DNA of 64,000 bases from the NCBI GenBank assembly GCA_041484665.1, contig JBGPIA010000002.1, positions 400,511 to 464,510 of the forward strand, given 5' to 3'. Below the pieces are notes generated by a model, which was not told the origin of the DNA, searched no databases, and worked only from the letters and a program-made list of their open reading frames with translations. Numbering within the stretch: position 1 is the first letter of the stretch; the number at the start of each line of letters is the position of its first letter. This DNA is from Candidatus Krumholzibacteriia bacterium (lineage in GTDB: Bacteria > Krumholzibacteriota > Krumholzibacteriia > JAJRXK01). Position numbers and translations under genes: made by a program. Positions 47,820 to 57,587 of this stretch are shown here, in pieces.

Positions 47820-50800
47820 CTAGCGCATCCGGACCACCCGGCCGCTGCTGGTCAGCGTCGGCTCCGGCGCCGCCGAGGACGTCGCCGCCCTGAGGCTGGC
47901 CCGCACCGTGTAGAGGTAAACACCGTTGGCGATCTCGTCCCCCAAAGCGTCGCGTCCGTCCCAGCCGATCACGATCTGCCCGGGCGAGAGGACCTCCTCG
48001 CGCAGCGTGCGCACCGGGGTCCCATCCAGGGCAAAGATGCGCAGCTCCACGGTGGTGAGGTCCGTGGCCGGCCCCTCCATCACGAAGCGGGTCGATTCGG
48101 CGAAGGGGTTGGGAAAGGGCAGCATGGTGATCTGGGGCTCGCCCCCCACCTGGACCACCGTGAAAGCAAGCGTGGCTGTCCCGACGTTTCCCACCATGTC
48201 GCTGGCGCGCAGCGTGGCGGTATGCTTGCCCGCTGTGATGTCCTGCGGCAGCGTGAAGCGCAGGCTGCCCCGGTCGAATCGCCCGTCGTCGAGGGCGAAC
48301 GCGCTGGTCACGTCGGTGGCGATGTCGCTGCTGTCGATCTCCAGGGTGATGGCGCTGGCCGGCGAGCGGGCCTGCACGTTGATGCCGCTGGGATCGTCCA
48401 GCCCGGCGGTCATCACCGCGCCGGGGAGCACCGCCCCGTCCTTGCCCGCATTCTCGAACGCCAGGGTGATGCGCGGACCGGCTGCATCCTGGCTCTGGCT
48501 GGTCACGCGCCGGGCGGGCATCGGCTCCTTCAGCGCCACGACCTGCTCGTTCCCGGACTCGGCCAGCAGGCGCAGCCGCCCGTCGGTGCCGAACGCCATC
48601 GCAGTGGGAACCAGCAGCTCGGCCGTCACCTTGCCGGCCGTGACCGTGCCGGTGCCGTGGAAGATGGCGGCCCCGTCGATGGCGTAGTCGATGCGCGCCC
48701 CCGGCACCGGACAGCTCGACATGAGGTAGCCGGAATGATCGCGCGCCGCGCGCACCTCCAGGTCGTAACGCCCGGTGAAGTCCGTGCGCGGCGCGCCGCC
48801 CTGCTGCACCTGCGCCTCCACCTGCAGCAGATGCCCCGAATCCAACGTGGCCAAGAGCGAGTCGGTGAGCGCGAGCTGCGCACTGGGCGACTCCAGCCGC
48901 ATGGCCGGATCGCCCAGCAGCACGTACTTTTGCCCGTTGTGCTGGTTGAGGCTGCTGGATCCCGCGGAGGAGATCTTGGCCAAAAGCAGCGCCAGCCCGA
49001 CGGGGACGCTGCGCCCCGCGATCGCGCCGGGGAACAAGAGCGGGTAGAACGCGTTGGTGAGCGTCTCGTTGGGGCCGACGTAGGTGACCTGCGTGGCGGC
49101 GATCGTGCCGATGGCGCCGCCGCCGTCGGACAGTACGAGCTTCTCGGACATGCTCTTGACGGCGTTGTCATCGAAGATCGAGACATCGCACGAGAAGGCG
49201 AGGAACAGCGGGCGGCGCCCGGCGTTGGTGAGCGCTGTTACGTCCTCGATGCGGAACACGGCCTCGTCGGCCATCTGCTCCGGTGAGCCGTGGCCGATGT
49301 AGTGGACGATCAGCTGCCCCTCTGACCACGCGTTGCGCATCGCCGCCCGGGCGGTGGGTTTCGCCCGCGTGCCGGGGACGACCGGGAAGTTGGTCAAGTA
49401 GAGCTTCGACACGTCCAGCTCCTGCGGCAGCAGCGGCGGCCGGACGCCGCGGCCCTCCGCGATGAGCTCTGCCTCGGTGATGTGGTAGTCCTCGCAGGAG
49501 CAGTTGTCGAACGCCAGGCAGACGTCGTCATCGGCCACCATCAGCACGCTGTTGCGCCACGCTCCTGCCGCCGGGGCGGTCTCGTAGGCGACGATGCGGT
49601 CGACCATCGCGCGCGCCTCGGCCAGGTTGGCCGCCGGCAGCCGTCCGGTCGCAACCTCGGGTAGGTCGATGAACCACTCGAAATTCGTCTGGGCGGGGGG
49701 ATGGTCGTCCATGCAGCCCAGCCAGTCGTCGGCGGCGTAGGGCCGGTTCTGCACGTAGCCCTGGAAGAACGAGGACGGCCACAGCGTCTGGATGAAGGTC
49801 GGACAGCGGTCGATCTCCGATCCGGACGGATCGCGCGCCGCGCGGTTGCGGTAGTCCCGGCTGCCGTCGCCCAGGAACGCCGCGTACAGCAAGCGGCGGG
49901 ACGGGTCCCCCGGGTCGGGATGCTCGTAGACGAACTTCAGGAAGTTGCGGATCGCCGCCGGCTCCTTCACGCCGTGGCCGAAGTTGTCATAGACGTCCTG
50001 CAGGTCCACGGCGGTGGCCCGCGGCGTGCTCAGCGCCAGCCCCTGGCGGCCGGAAAGGCTCTGCCGGCGCAGTTGCGCCAGGTCCTCCGCCGCCGGCATC
50101 AGTTCGGCCGGCGCGAGGGCGAGGTAGTCAACCCCGCCCACGGCGGCGATCTCGCTGCGCAGCAGGCGCGGGCGGCGCACCCGCATGCGGTCGGGGCGCC
50201 GCACGGCCCCCGCCACCACCGCCACGAAGTCCCGCCGTTCCAAGGGCGTCAGATCCAGCTCCATCTGCAGCACGGACCCGCCGCTGATCACGTCGCCATC
50301 GAGCACGCGCTTGGGGCGGTGCGGGTCAGTGGTGTCCAGGACGTAACGTGTGGTGGGCCAGGCCGACACGTTGCCGATCAGGAAACGCGCGCGCTCGGGC
50401 TGCGCGGCCTCGTCCGCGAAGACCACCCACGCCAGCTCGCCCGCGCGCAGGGTGAGGCCTCGCCGGTAGGTCACCGAGAAAAAGTCCATCTTCAGCTGGG
50501 TGGGGTAGAGCGTCGACCCCGGCGGCCCGGCGTAGGCCGTCGTGTTCTTCACCCACAGCGTGTCCAAGCCCTCGTGGGCATGGTAGCCGCCGAAGTACAT
50601 GCGGAACGGCGGGTTGCGCAGGAGGCTGTTCTGATCCTCGAGGCTCCACGCTGCCGTCCCCAACGGCCCTGCGCGGGTGTGGTACTGCGCGCTGAACGGC
50701 GGGGTAACGTACCCCCGAGGCGGCGTGGGCGGCTCCGCGAACGGCTCGGTGTAGAGCCAGCCCGTGCTGTCGGGGATCACGGTGTCGGGAGCGAAGGCGA

Positions 50801-52043
50801 AACCGAGCTCCTGGTTGGTCGCGATGCGCGGCTCCCACAGCCAGTTGTCGCGCACCTCGCCAAAGGCCGGCGTGAGGTTGCGCTCCACGTGCAGCCGCTC
50901 GCGGTGCGAGAGCACGTCGCGCGTGGCCGAGCCCACGCTCGAGCCATCCAGCAGCTGCATGCGCAGCGGCGCGGCGGTGAACGTGCCCGGCGCGCTGCCT
51001 TGCACGTCCCAGGTCAGCCAGTACGCCAAGCGGTCAGAGAACTCGTGCTCGAGGTGGTCGCGCAAGCCCGCGGTCGGATCGTAGCGGTCACTCCACTCCT
51101 CCGGGCCCGGCGCATAGAAGAGCACGCGGTCGCCCGCGTGCAGCAGGGGGCCCGACGCCTCCACCAGCAGTGCGCGCTCCACGAGCTCGTAGCCGTCGGT
51201 CCAGCTGCCGCGTGGGTCCTCGGGCAGCTCCGGCTGGTAGGGCGTGGGCGCTGCGAGCAAACGGAAGCTCGCCGGGTCGATCAGGTCGGCATTGCCGGCG
51301 AGCAGGTCGAGATCGGCGTACGTCACCGCGTAGACGCCCGTGCGGACCACTTCCACGCGCAGCCAGCGATCGCTGCGGGCGAACGTGTCGTTGATCGCCG
51401 CGGGGGCGGCCGGCGCCGGGGCCCGGCGCTCGCCTTGCTCCTGCACGAAGTGGCGCGCCGCCGCGGGATTGATCACGGCGTCCGCGGGCCACTGCGCCGC
51501 GGGCTCGCCGGGCGGCGCCCCTGCGGCACCCAGGCCGAGGCGGGTGGCGCGCCCAGCGGACGGCGGGTGGTCGATCTGCACCACCAGCTCGCGCACGACG
51601 AGCGGCACTGCGCCCTGGGGTCGGTGCAGCGCGTGCACGTCCACGTTGACGATCCACACGCCGCGGAAGCGGCGCGGCGGCGAGATGGAGAATGGCGCGC
51701 TGGCCAGCGGCTGGACGCCGGGGCGGCGATCGTCGTCGCTCATGGCGAACGCGGCGCCCCACTCGTCGACGACCTCGGCCGTCGCGGGCTCGGTCTGCAG
51801 GGAGACCGCGCGCGCGGTCACGCCGTGCGCTCCGGGCACGGCCACCGCGAACGACGTGCTCCAATCGGGGATGCTGTCCGCGGGCCAGCTCGCGCGCACG
51901 ACGGTACGCAGGTCGCTCTGCTCGAGCACCTGCAGTTGAGCTGGCACGTAGCGCTGCAACGCCTGCGTCACGGCAGGGCCAAGCGCCAGCAGCGCCAGCG
52001 CGAGCAACGCAATGCTTCCCTGCGACCTGGGTTGGGCCGGCAC
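47820..52043 (-). CDS. C25 (gingipain-family) cysteine peptidase with a type-IX-secretion C-terminal domain; candidate PorU-like sortase
   Basis: Catalytic His-Gly…Cys dyad (IVHYIGHGS … LFLAFSCDVSIFDD). C-terminal domain …PFPNPFAESTRFVMEGP…VELRIFALDGTPVRTL…WDGRDALGDEIANGVYLYTV. GTG start giving MPAQPRSQGSIALLALALLALGPAVTQA. Confidence 0.6.
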   Translation of the reverse strand: MPAQPRSQGSIALLALALLALGPAVTQALQRYVPAQLQVLEQSDLRTVVRASWPADSIPDWSTSFAVAVPGAHGVTARAVSLQTEPATAEVVDEWGAAFAMSDDDRRPGVQPLASAPFSISPPRRFRGVWIVNVDVHALHRPQGAVPLVVRELVVQIDHPPSAGRATRLGLGAAGAPPGEPAAQWPADAVINPAAARHFVQEQGERRAPAPAAPAAINDTFARSDRWLRVEVVRTGVYAVTYADLDLLAGNADLIDPASFRLLAAPTPYQPELPEDPRGSWTDGYELVERALLVEASGPLLHAGDRVLFYAPGPEEWSDRYDPTAGLRDHLEHEFSDRLAYWLTWDVQGSAPGTFTAAPLRMQLLDGSSVGSATRDVLSHRERLHVERNLTPAFGEVRDNWLWEPRIATNQELGFAFAPDTVIPDSTGWLYTEPFAEPPTPPRGYVTPPFSAQYHTRAGPLGTAAWSLEDQNSLLRNPPFRMYFGGYHAHEGLDTLWVKNTTAYAGPPGSTLYPTQLKMDFFSVTYRRGLTLRAGELAWVVFADEAAQPERARFLIGNVSAWPTTRYVLDTTDPHRPKRVLDGDVISGGSVLQMELDLTPLERRDFVAVVAGAVRRPDRMRVRRPRLLRSEIAAVGGVDYLALAPAELMPAAEDLAQLRRQSLSGRQGLALSTPRATAVDLQDVYDNFGHGVKEPAAIRNFLKFVYEHPDPGDPSRRLLYAAFLGDGSRDYRNRAARDPSGSEIDRCPTFIQTLWPSSFFQGYVQNRPYAADDWLGCMDDHPPAQTNFEWFIDLPEVATGRLPAANLAEARAMVDRIVAYETAPAAGAWRNSVLMVADDDVCLAFDNCSCEDYHITEAELIAEGRGVRPPLLPQELDVSKLYLTNFPVVPGTRAKPTARAAMRNAWSEGQLIVHYIGHGSPEQMADEAVFRIEDVTALTNAGRRPLFLAFSCDVSIFDDNAVKSMSEKLVLSDGGGAIGTIAATQVTYVGPNETLTNAFYPLLFPGAIAGRSVPVGLALLLAKISSAGSSSLNQHNGQKYVLLGDPAMRLESPSAQLALTDSLLATLDSGHLLQVEAQVQQGGAPRTDFTGRYDLEVRAARDHSGYLMSSCPVPGARIDYAIDGAAIFHGTGTVTAGKVTAELLVPTAMAFGTDGRLRLLAESGNEQVVALKEPMPARRVTSQSQDAAGPRITLAFENAGKDGAVLPGAVMTAGLDDPSGINVQARSPASAITLEIDSSDIATDVTSAFALDDGRFDRGSLRFTLPQDITAGKHTATLRASDMVGNVGTATLAFTVVQVGGEPQITMLPFPNPFAESTRFVMEGPATDLTTVELRIFALDGTPVRTLREEVLSPGQIVIGWDGRDALGDEIANGVYLYTVRASLRAATSSAAPEPTLTSSGRVVRMR

Positions 52044-52109
52044 GATCGTTCCTGCTCGCGAGCTCGACAGCGCTGCGCCGGGGGTTCCGGCGTCAGCCAC
52101 CAGACCGGA

Positions 52110-52376
52110 TCAAGCTCCCCCCTCGAGCCCTTCCAGCGGAATCCCCTCGCCAATCAGCATGATCGGGATCCCCTCCCGCACGGGGTAGAGGATGGCACCG
52201 TCCTCGCGTACCAGACCCTCAGCGATGGGCTCCGTGACAGGCTGGCCGTCACGGTTGACCACCGCGCCCTCGGCAACGCGGGCGTTGAGCCGCGCCAGCA
52301 GCGCGGCATCCGCCTCCCGCACGGGGGCTTTGGTCTCGGGGCATGCAAGGATCTCGAGCAGCTCTCTGCTGATCAC
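52110..52376 (-). CDS. Trm112-like (DUF343) small protein
   Basis: GTG start; LLEILACPETKAPV…LYPVREGIPIMLIGEGIPL matches the Trm112/YcaR zinc-ribbon-like fold pattern; about 88 aa. Confidence 0.55.
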   Translation of the reverse strand: MISRELLEILACPETKAPVREADAALLARLNARVAEGAVVNRDGQPVTEPIAEGLVREDGAILYPVREGIPIMLIGEGIPLEGLEGGA

Positions 52377-52650
52377 GGGATCTCCTCGCCTGATCGGGGC
52401 GTTCGAGCGTGGATCTTGAACAACGGTCAAGTGATCACCACCCCGGGGCTTGCGCCACGGGGCCGCGAGAGGAGGGGAGACGAAGGACGGGTGAGCCCCG
52501 CGTGGGGCTCTGCCTCCCCTATATCGTGCGATGGTTGGCAAAGAAGAGGATACCCGCCACGGGGCCTTCCCGTCAACCTCCGGGGCGGGTGCCCGCCGCG
52601 CGTCCCGGCGCACAAGCGGACCGCGGCCGGCGATGGCAGGAAGCCGGGCG

Positions 52651-53625
52651 CTACTCCTGGGTCACCACGCCCATCTTGAGGAACTTCTGCAGCCGGGCCT
52701 CGAGCAAGCGCTCCGGGGGCATCGCTCCCAGCTCGTCGACGGCGGCGACCAGCGTCTCGCGCATGGTGTGGGCCATGGCCTCCGGGTCGCGGTGGGCTCC
52801 CCCCAGCGGCTCGGGGAGCACGCCGTCGACGACGCCCTGGCCGTAGACCTCCTGGGCGGTGATGCGCATGGCACTGGCCGCCTGGGGAGCCTTGGCGCGG
52901 TCCTTCCAGAGGATGGCGGCGCAGCCCTCGGGACTGATCACCGAGTAGATGCTGTTCTCCAGCATGAAGACGCGGTCACCGACGGCCAGCGCGAGGGCGC
53001 CGCCGCTGCCCCCCTCACCCGTGATGAAGACGACGATGGGTACGGGCATCCGCGCCATCTCGCGCAGATTGCGCGCGATCGCCTCGGCCTGGCCGCGCTC
53101 CTCGGCGCCGATCCCGGGATACGCGCCCGCCGTGTCGATGAACGTCACGATGGGTCGGCCGAATCGGGCGGCGAGCTGCATCAGGCGCAGCGCCTTGCGG
53201 TAGCCCTCCGGATGAGGCATGCCGAAGTTGCGATAGAGGTTGCTCTTGGTATCGCGCCCCTTCTGATGGCCGATCACCATGAAGGGTCGGCCGTCGAGGG
53301 TGGCCATCCCCGCCACGATGGACGGGTCGTCGCGGAAGTTGCGATCTCCGTGCAGCTCGATGAACCGCTCGAAGATCAACTGCAGGTAATCCAGCGTGTA
53401 GGGCCGCCGCGGGTGCCGCGCGAGCTGGACCCGCTGCCACGGGTCGAGCGAGCTGAAGATCTGTTTGCCCAGCTTGCGGACGCGCTGCCGCAGCTGCTCG
53501 ATCTCCTCGGAAACGTCCAGGTCGCTGTCGCTGGCCGACTCCTGGAGTGCCCGGATGCGCTCCTCCAGCTCGACGATGGGACGCTCGAACTCCAGGAAGT
53601 TGCCGTTGCGCCTTGGATCGGCCAC
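52651..53625 (-). CDS. accA: Acetyl-CoA carboxylase carboxyltransferase alpha subunit AccA
   Basis: 324 aa; N-terminus [44 protein letters not shown] blocks. Confidence 0.9.
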   Translation of the reverse strand: MADPRRNGNFLEFERPIVELEERIRALQESASDSDLDVSEEIEQLRQRVRKLGKQIFSSLDPWQRVQLARHPRRPYTLDYLQLIFERFIELHGDRNFRDDPSIVAGMATLDGRPFMVIGHQKGRDTKSNLYRNFGMPHPEGYRKALRLMQLAARFGRPIVTFIDTAGAYPGIGAEERGQAEAIARNLREMARMPVPIVVFITGEGGSGGALALAVGDRVFMLENSIYSVISPEGCAAILWKDRAKAPQAASAMRITAQEVYGQGVVDGVLPEPLGGAHRDPEAMAHTMRETLVAAVDELGAMPPERLLEARLQKFLKMGVVTQE

Positions 53626-53767
53626 GCGCTGACCTCACGCAGGATTGCTCCCGCGGGCTGTCCCTGGGCGGGAGAACGGACGACGCCAGTGCCGAACAGG
53701 GCTAGCTAAACGCGGTCCCCGGGCGCTGTCAATCGCGCCGGGGATGCCACGCCACGGTGGCCAGCCG

Positions 53768-56700
53768 TCAGCCACCCGCCGCGAACGACGCCGCGGCGCG
53801 GCGGGGACCGGCCCCTCCCGCGGGCCGGAAGAGGGTTTGTGGCCCCCGAACGGACACCCTCACCGCGGCTACACCCAATAAGGATATCAGTCGAAGGAGA
53901 AAATTTGGTGAAGGTCGTACTGACGCTCGGGTCGCGGCCAGCTGGGCCTCGAACGAGCCATCCTTGACGTTGAGCCGCAGTGGGCAGCTCCCCGCGGACT
54001 CCGCGACGGCGCGCAACAAGCTGTCCGTGAGGGTGCAGCCGAGCTTGGCCGGCAGCTCGACGTGCACCTCGGAGATCAGCTCCAGGCAGGCCTGCTCCAC
54101 CGTGAGCGCCCGCTCCAGGACCAACTTGAGGTCGTCCCCCTCGCGCACGCTTGTCCGGCCGGCCACGACCAGGATGGCGTCCGGCTGCAGCAGCGACCGG
54201 TGCGCCTCGTATGCCTGGGAGAAGCAGATGAGCTCGCAGGAGCCACGGAAGTCCTCCAGCGTCACGAAGGCCATCAACTGGCCGCCCCGGCGGGTGGTGA
54301 CGGCCTTGAGCGCCGTCACCACGCCGCACACGAGCACCGCAGCGTCGTCGCCCAAGGCGAGCAGGTCCTGCGTGCTCACCGGCGCGAGCCAGTCCATCAC
54401 CGTGCGGTGTTGGTCGAGCGGATGCCCCGTCAGATAGAAACCGATCAGCTCCTTTTCCTTGGCGAGGCGCTCAGCATCGCTCCAGGGTGGCACCTCGGGC
54501 AGCACGCCGCGGCGGCCTTCTTGCGGCTCCGCCTCGCCGAACAGGCTGCTCTGGCCGCGGCTGCGGTCGCGGAAGCGCCGCTGCGCGCGGGCCATCGCCA
54601 GGTCCAGCGCCGCCAGCTTCTGCTCGCGCCGGCCTGGCAGCGAGTCCAGGGCGCCGCCCAGGATCAGGCTCTCCACGACGCGGCGGTTGACGCGGGTGAC
54701 GTCGACCTCCTCGCAGAACTCGTAGAGGTCGACGAAGCCGCGCCCCAGGCGCTCGCGCGCGTGCACGATGGCCTCGATGGCAGACACCCCCACGTTCTTC
54801 ACGGCGCCCAGACCGAAGCGGATCGTCCCTCCCACCACGCGGAAATCCGCCGTGCAGGTGTTCACGTCCGGCGGCAGGATCTCGATGTTGCGGCTGCGCG
54901 CCTCGTCCAGCAGGGTCACCACGCGCGAAGAGCTCTGCATCTCGCTGGTGAGGGTCGCGGCCAGGAACGCCGCAGGGTGGTGCGCCTTGAGCCAGGCCGT
55001 CTGCGCCGAGAGCACAGCATAGCTGGCGCTGTGGCTCTTGTTGAAGCCGTAGCCGGCGAAAAACGCCATCAGGTCGAAGAGCTGCCGTGCGGTGGAGCGC
55101 CCCAGCCCGCGCGCCACGGCGCCGTCGACGAAGCGCGCCGCCATCTCGGCCATCGCCTCGGGCTTCTTCTTGCCCATGGCCTTGCGCAGCAGGTCGGCCT
55201 CCCCCATGGAGAAGCCAGCCAGCTCGCTGGCGATGCGCATCACCTGCTCCTGGTAGAGGATGACGCCGTAGGTCTCCTCCAGGATGGGCGCCAGACGCGG
55301 CTCCAGGTAGGTGATCTCCTTGCGGCCGTGTTTGCGCTCGATGAAGTCGTCCACCATGCCGCTGCCCAGCGGCCCCGGACGGTACAGGGCGTTGACGGCA
55401 GTGATGTCCTCGAAGGTGCTGGGCTTGAGCTTGCGCAGCACCTCCTGCATGCCGCTGGACTCGAGCTGGAACACGCCGACCGTCTCGCCGCGCGATAGCA
55501 TGGCGAACACGTCGGGGTCCGACAGCGGGATGTCGCGCGGCGCGAGGCTCTCGCCCCCGCCGTCGCGGATGAACGCCAGCGCCTTGTCGATGACGGTCAA
55601 CGTGCGCAGGCCCAGGAAGTCCATCTTCAGCAGGCCGACCTCCTCGACCATCTTCATATCCCACTGCGTCGTGATCTCGTCCTTGCTGGACTTGTAGAGT
55701 GGGACGTGGGCGGTGAGGTCGCCGGGGGCGATCAGGATGCCGGCGGCATGGATGGAGGCGTGGCGGCTGAGACCCTCCAGCTCCAACGCGGTGCGGATCA
55801 GGCGGTCGTAGCGCGGATCCTCCTCGCGTACGGCGCGCAGCTCGGCCACGCTCTCCAGCGCCGCGGGGAGCGTGATCCCCAGCTGGTCGGGCACCAGCTT
55901 GGCGATGCGGTCCACCTCGCCGTAGGAAAGCCCCAGCGCGCGGCCTACGTCGCGCAGCACGCCGCGGGCCAGCATGGTGCCGAAGGTGATGATCTGGCAG
56001 ACGGTCTCTTTACCGTACTTGCGGATGACGTACTCGATGATCTCGGCACGGCGCTCGAAGCAGAAGTCGATGTCGATGTCGGGCATGCTGACGCGCTGCG
56101 GGTTGAGGAAGCGCTCGAACAGGAGACCGTGCGCCAGCGGATCGATGTCGGTGATCCCAAGCGCGTAGCACACCAGCGATCCGGCAGCGCTGCCGCGCCC
56201 CGGCCCCACCGGGATTCCGCGCTCGCGGGCCGCGCGCACGAAGTCGCTCACGATGAGGAAGTAACCGGCGAACCCCGTGGTCTCGATGACCTGGAGCTCG
56301 TAGCGCAGGCGCTCCTCGATGCGCGCGTCGATCTGCGTGTAGCGCCCGCGCACGCCCTCGGCGGCGAGCTTCGCCAGGTAATCGTCGGGCCGCTGGAACC
56401 CCTCCGGCAGCGGGAAGCGCGGCAGCAGCAGCTTGCCCAGCGGCAGCTCGACGTCGCAGCGCTGGGCGATCTCCAACGTGTTGGCGAGAGCGTCGGGAAA
56501 CCCGGCGAACAGCGCCTGCATCTCGGCGGGCGTCTTGAGCCAGTTCTGGTCGCTGTCGTAGCGCCAGCGGGTGGGGTCGTCGACCGTCTTGGCGGTCTGG
56601 ATCGCCAGCAGCACGTCGTGGGCCGCGGCCTGCTCCCGCGAGAGGTAGTGGGCGTCATTGGTGGCCACCAGGCGCGCGCCCGCTTCGCGAGCGAGGTCCT

Positions 56701-57283
56701 GCGCCAGGGCACGCACGCGCTCCTCCTTGACCAGCCCGTGGTTCTGGATCTCCAGAAAGTAACCGTCGCGCCCGAAGATCTCCAGGTACTCGCCCAGCGC
56801 CCTGCGCGCGGCGGGCAGGTCGTCCTCCGCAAGCGCGTACGCCACCTCGCCCTGCAGGCAGCTGCCGGTGGCAATCAGGCCCTCGCGGTACTGCTGCAGC
56901 AGCTTCTTGTCCAGGCGAGGCTTGTAGTAGAACCCCTCCAGATAGGCGATCGACGAGAGCTTGACGAGATTGCGCCAGCCTTGCAGCGTCTCGGCGAGCA
57001 GGATCAGGTGGTGGATGGGGCCGGCCTTGTCGGGAGACTTCTCGCGGTGATCGCGCGCGAGGTAGGCCTCCATCCCCAGGATCGGGCGGATGCCTTCCTT
57101 GCGGCACGCCTGGTAGAACTCCACGGCACCGAACAGATTGCCGTGGTCGGTGAGCGCGACCGCGGGCATCTGCAGCTGCGCGACACGGCGCGCGAGGTCG
57201 CCAACCTTCATCGCGCCGTCGAGCAGGCTGTAGTCGCTATGGTTGTGAAGGTGGACGAAGCTCTCGTCCGGCTTGGAAATCAT
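53768..57283 (-). CDS. dnaE: DNA polymerase III alpha subunit DnaE
   Basis: Start MISKPDESFVHLHNHSDYSLLDG (PHP domain); polymerase core; OB fold; about 1,171 aa. The 184-codon upstream extension in the track is rejected. Confidence 0.9.
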   Translation of the reverse strand: MISKPDESFVHLHNHSDYSLLDGAMKVGDLARRVAQLQMPAVALTDHGNLFGAVEFYQACRKEGIRPILGMEAYLARDHREKSPDKAGPIHHLILLAETLQGWRNLVKLSSIAYLEGFYYKPRLDKKLLQQYREGLIATGSCLQGEVAYALAEDDLPAARRALGEYLEIFGRDGYFLEIQNHGLVKEERVRALAQDLAREAGARLVATNDAHYLSREQAAAHDVLLAIQTAKTVDDPTRWRYDSDQNWLKTPAEMQALFAGFPDALANTLEIAQRCDVELPLGKLLLPRFPLPEGFQRPDDYLAKLAAEGVRGRYTQIDARIEERLRYELQVIETTGFAGYFLIVSDFVRAARERGIPVGPGRGSAAGSLVCYALGITDIDPLAHGLLFERFLNPQRVSMPDIDIDFCFERRAEIIEYVIRKYGKETVCQIITFGTMLARGVLRDVGRALGLSYGEVDRIAKLVPDQLGITLPAALESVAELRAVREEDPRYDRLIRTALELEGLSRHASIHAAGILIAPGDLTAHVPLYKSSKDEITTQWDMKMVEEVGLLKMDFLGLRTLTVIDKALAFIRDGGGESLAPRDIPLSDPDVFAMLSRGETVGVFQLESSGMQEVLRKLKPSTFEDITAVNALYRPGPLGSGMVDDFIERKHGRKEITYLEPRLAPILEETYGVILYQEQVMRIASELAGFSMGEADLLRKAMGKKKPEAMAEMAARFVDGAVARGLGRSTARQLFDLMAFFAGYGFNKSHSASYAVLSAQTAWLKAHHPAAFLAATLTSEMQSSSRVVTLLDEARSRNIEILPPDVNTCTADFRVVGGTIRFGLGAVKNVGVSAIEAIVHARERLGRGFVDLYEFCEEVDVTRVNRRVVESLILGGALDSLPGRREQKLAALDLAMARAQRRFRDRSRGQSSLFGEAEPQEGRRGVLPEVPPWSDAERLAKEKELIGFYLTGHPLDQHRTVMDWLAPVSTQDLLALGDDAAVLVCGVVTALKAVTTRRGGQLMAFVTLEDFRGSCELICFSQAYEAHRSLLQPDAILVVAGRTSVREGDDLKLVLERALTVEQACLELISEVHVELPAKLGCTLTDSLLRAVAESAGSCPLRLNVKDGSFEAQLAATRASVRPSPNFLLRLISLLGVAAVRVSVRGPQTLFRPAGGAGPRRAAASFAAGG

Positions 57284-57503
57284 GGGGTCCCGTTGAGGAA
57301 GGGCTCCCGCGCGTCGCTCGCGCCGCGGGGCTGCCAGGCGGCGCCAGACTACCCAATGGGGGAAGGCGCTACAAGAGCCCCCGGGCAAGCGCGATTGTGG
57401 GGCGGTTCCAGAGCGTTTTTCGCAACGGCGGCGATCGCTCGACCGGTGCGGCGCCGGCCCCGGGCCCGGGCGGCACCGGCGCGGCCGGAGCGTGGAGCGC
57501 TGC

Positions 57504-57574
57504 GAACACGGCGGACACGGCAGACACGGTGGGCACGACGGTAACGACGGACACAGCGCACGCGGCGCGCGCGG
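57504..57574. repeat. Array of about 7-8 degenerate 9-bp tandem repeats (GACACGGCN; minus strand CGCCGTGTC) in the dnaE leader
   Basis: Read directly: gaacacggcg gacacggca gacacggtg ggcacgacg gtaacgacg gacacagcg cacgcggcg. Lies in the 300-nt gap between the M23-peptidase stop and the dnaE start. Confidence 0.6.
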
Positions 57575-57587
57575 CGGTGACCTCGGC

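Noticed and set aside
57504-57574. Possible CRISPR array
   Set aside because: The units are 9 bp and contiguous with no spacers. Real CRISPR repeats are 24-48 bp with unique spacers.
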